Source: Candidatus Bathyarchaeota archaeon (lineage in GTDB: Archaea; Thermoproteota; Bathyarchaeia; Bathyarchaeales; Bathycorpusculaceae). From it: 64,000 nt of DNA. The notes beneath the pieces are model-generated. The model had not been told where the DNA came from. It did not search any database and was given only the letters and a program-made list of their open reading frames with translations. Shown piece by piece: positions 62,243-64,000 of this stretch (positions are counted from its first letter, which is position 1; each line of letters begins with the position of its first letter). The DNA is taken from the NCBI GenBank assembly GCA_963775685.1, contig CAVZJV010000014.1, positions 256,001 to 320,000 on the forward strand, written 5' to 3'. Both the position numbers and the translations under genes were made by a program.

Positions 62243-63435
62243 TTACTCATTGCGTTTTTTCGCCTTCCTAAACAGCATAATACCTTGAGGAGTAGTGACA
62301 ACATACTGCCAACATTGCTCTATCAGTTCGCCGGCTTCTTTAGCGTCTTTAGCGGTTGCGTGATGATAGCTTTCAGCGTCATCGTCAACGGGAACCAGAT
62401 GAGTATAGACTAATGTGCTGTTTATGTTGCGGTGGCCCAGTAGTTCTTTTACGTGAAGGATGTTTCTTGTTATTGCGTATTCTTTTGGTAGCTTTGAAAT
62501 GTCTAAGACTGTGGAATCTTATTTGTTTGAGGCGTGGATTTTGCAGTTTGATTGATAAGCGTGTTTTTGCCGGTCATATTTCCAGCGAAAAGCGTTAAGG
62601 TTGCCGTTTCCAAAGATGTACTGGTTTGTTTTGGGTAGCATTAGGAGTCTTGACATTAATCGGCTTGATATTTTTGATTTGTCTTGGATTGCCATGTTTT
62701 TCTGCTATGCATTTTAGGGTAAAGTTTTCTTCGTCTAGATCAGTCCATTTGCATTGCCATAATTCGCCTATTCTGAAGCCTGTTTCTTTGAGTGCTAGCA
62801 AACAAGTTCCTACTTTTTTACTGCATGCCAGCTACTAGAGCATCTACTTCTTTTTCCAATGGTACAAAGGGCAGGGATTTCTTGTTTTCATAGTATGGCG
62901 GTTCCCAAGATATTCTCAGCATTTCCGCAAAACTATCATAGGCGCTTACAAAGTTTTGTTTGTATCCGTTGCTCCATTTCTCGTTTGTAGCAAGAATAGT
63001 TCTGTACAGCTTCAGGATCATGCAGATTAACGCCGCTTTTCTCGGAAAGATACCTTAGCAGTTTAACCCTTGTTTTTATCGTTGCATCGCTGTACTTCCC
63101 TTTCTTCTTTAGATACCAAAGGAAATCAATGATTTCGCCTTGAATTTGCGTTTGGTGTGTTTGGTTTCGGCTAATCTCCACAACATCGGTTTTTTGTTGT
63201 GGATCCAAATTTTTCGCCTTGTCTTGCAGGATTGCGCTTAATTGGTGATCGCTATTTGTCCTAGACAATTTAAAAGGGTTTGGTTCACTGAATCTGAGGT
63301 TACAATCATTGCAGTAATAGCGCTGTAAGGTTAAGCCTTCAGCAGTTTGCCTAGTTCCAGCTTTGTCAAAAGGACCTAAAGATCCACATTCTGGGCAGTT
63401 TAGAGGTTGAGGTTGTGAGTTTAAAGGATGTTCAT
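62243..63435 (-). mobile_element. Zn-ribbon tyrosine integrase, split by several indels; probable left end of an integrated element
   Basis: CPECGS...YYCNDC, SAM-like domain, LPFVPLEKEVD, ETGFRIGE, AEKHGNPR, FHSLRH, LLGH, LVY, ends LFRKAKKRNE at TAA 62243. Confidence 0.88.
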
Positions 63436-63630
63436 AAGCGCCTTACGGATGCTAATATTCAGTTAGCTAATACTAATATCAACTTTGCAAAAGAGGTTAA
63501 GGTGTTAAGTCCTAGTGTGAAGGCTCTGACTGAGACTTTGCTTGGAGCTACGCAGCAGAAACAGCAACTACAAGAAACCAATGTTCCTTCTGAAACTCAT
63601 AGTCAACCGCTTAACCATATCTACGAGTAA
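63415..63630 (+). CDS. Small hypothetical protein in the putative element
   Basis: 71-aa ORF divergent from the integrase; no motif recognised. Confidence 0.3.
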   Translation: MSLKDVHKRLTDANIQLANTNINFAKEVKVLSPSVKALTETLLGATQQKQQLQETNVPSETHSQPLNHIYE

Positions 63631-63717
63631 GCGAATCTTAGCCTTCTTATTTTTCTTTTGTATCGGGAAACTGGAAAGCGCTTTCAAATACCCTTTCTTG
63701 CTCTCGGGAGTACCCTT

Positions 63718-63936
63718 TTAATTACTGTGCGCTGGCTTTAATGGACGCCTTACTTGGATCCGCTTATTTTTAAGTGTTGAACGATTAGCGCGCTGGCCTG
63801 TCCTTAAATTGAAAAGCTTATAACCTAGAAACTGGGTCTCGTGCCATTGAGAATCAATCAAACAAGAAAGTGATCCCTGCGAGACAGGATGAAAACGAGA
63901 CCATGTATGCGCCGGTGCAGGTTTCTCCCGTATCAA
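63718..63936 (-). CDS. Small basic hypothetical protein in the putative element
   Basis: 72-aa ORF with AGGTGA just upstream; no motif recognised. Confidence 0.3.
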   Translation of the reverse strand: MIREKPAPAHTWSRFHPVSQGSLSCLIDSQWHETQFLGYKLFNLRTGQRANRSTLKNKRIQVRRPLKPAHSN

Positions 63937-64000
63937 TCACCTTTTTTCCATTTTTAATCAATCCTTTCCAGATCAAATGCAAATATTTTGGGATACAAAA

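Noticed and set aside
61843-62304. 153-aa and 68-aa minus-strand ORFs
   Set aside because: Antisense to the RNase P RNA gene and not protein-like.

Overview
Archaeal chromosomal window, most likely Bathyarchaeia. This is inferred from TBP, TFB, aIF-1A/Rio1/Dim2, pelota, an archaeal RNase P RNA, large secreted PQQ-type beta-propeller proteins and Bathyarchaeia-like integrases. Housekeeping blocks (1-16.2 kb and 32.5-62.2 kb) flank an AT-rich, pseudogene-rich accessory region (about 17.2-32.3 kb). That region begins at a tRNA-Gly(GCC) and an integrase remnant, and carries a second, divergent tRNA-Gly(GCC), an extra TFB and diverged 28-bp dif-like repeats. The main system is a 10-gene, complex I-ordered (A,B,CD,H,I,J,K,L,M,N) membrane-bound group 4 [NiFe] hydrogenase (Hfo-like). 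Its antiporter subunits show several Lys/His-to-acidic swaps, and it is followed by a perfect (CAGTTG)23 microsatellite. At the right edge a tyrosine integrase ends 25 bp from the RNase P RNA 3' end, next to a short duplication of that end, suggesting an element that targets rnpB. A ParA/MinD plus winged-helix cluster is another candidate uncharacterised module. Several single-indel frameshifts may be assembly errors. All calls were made by eye from sequence motifs; no searches were run.
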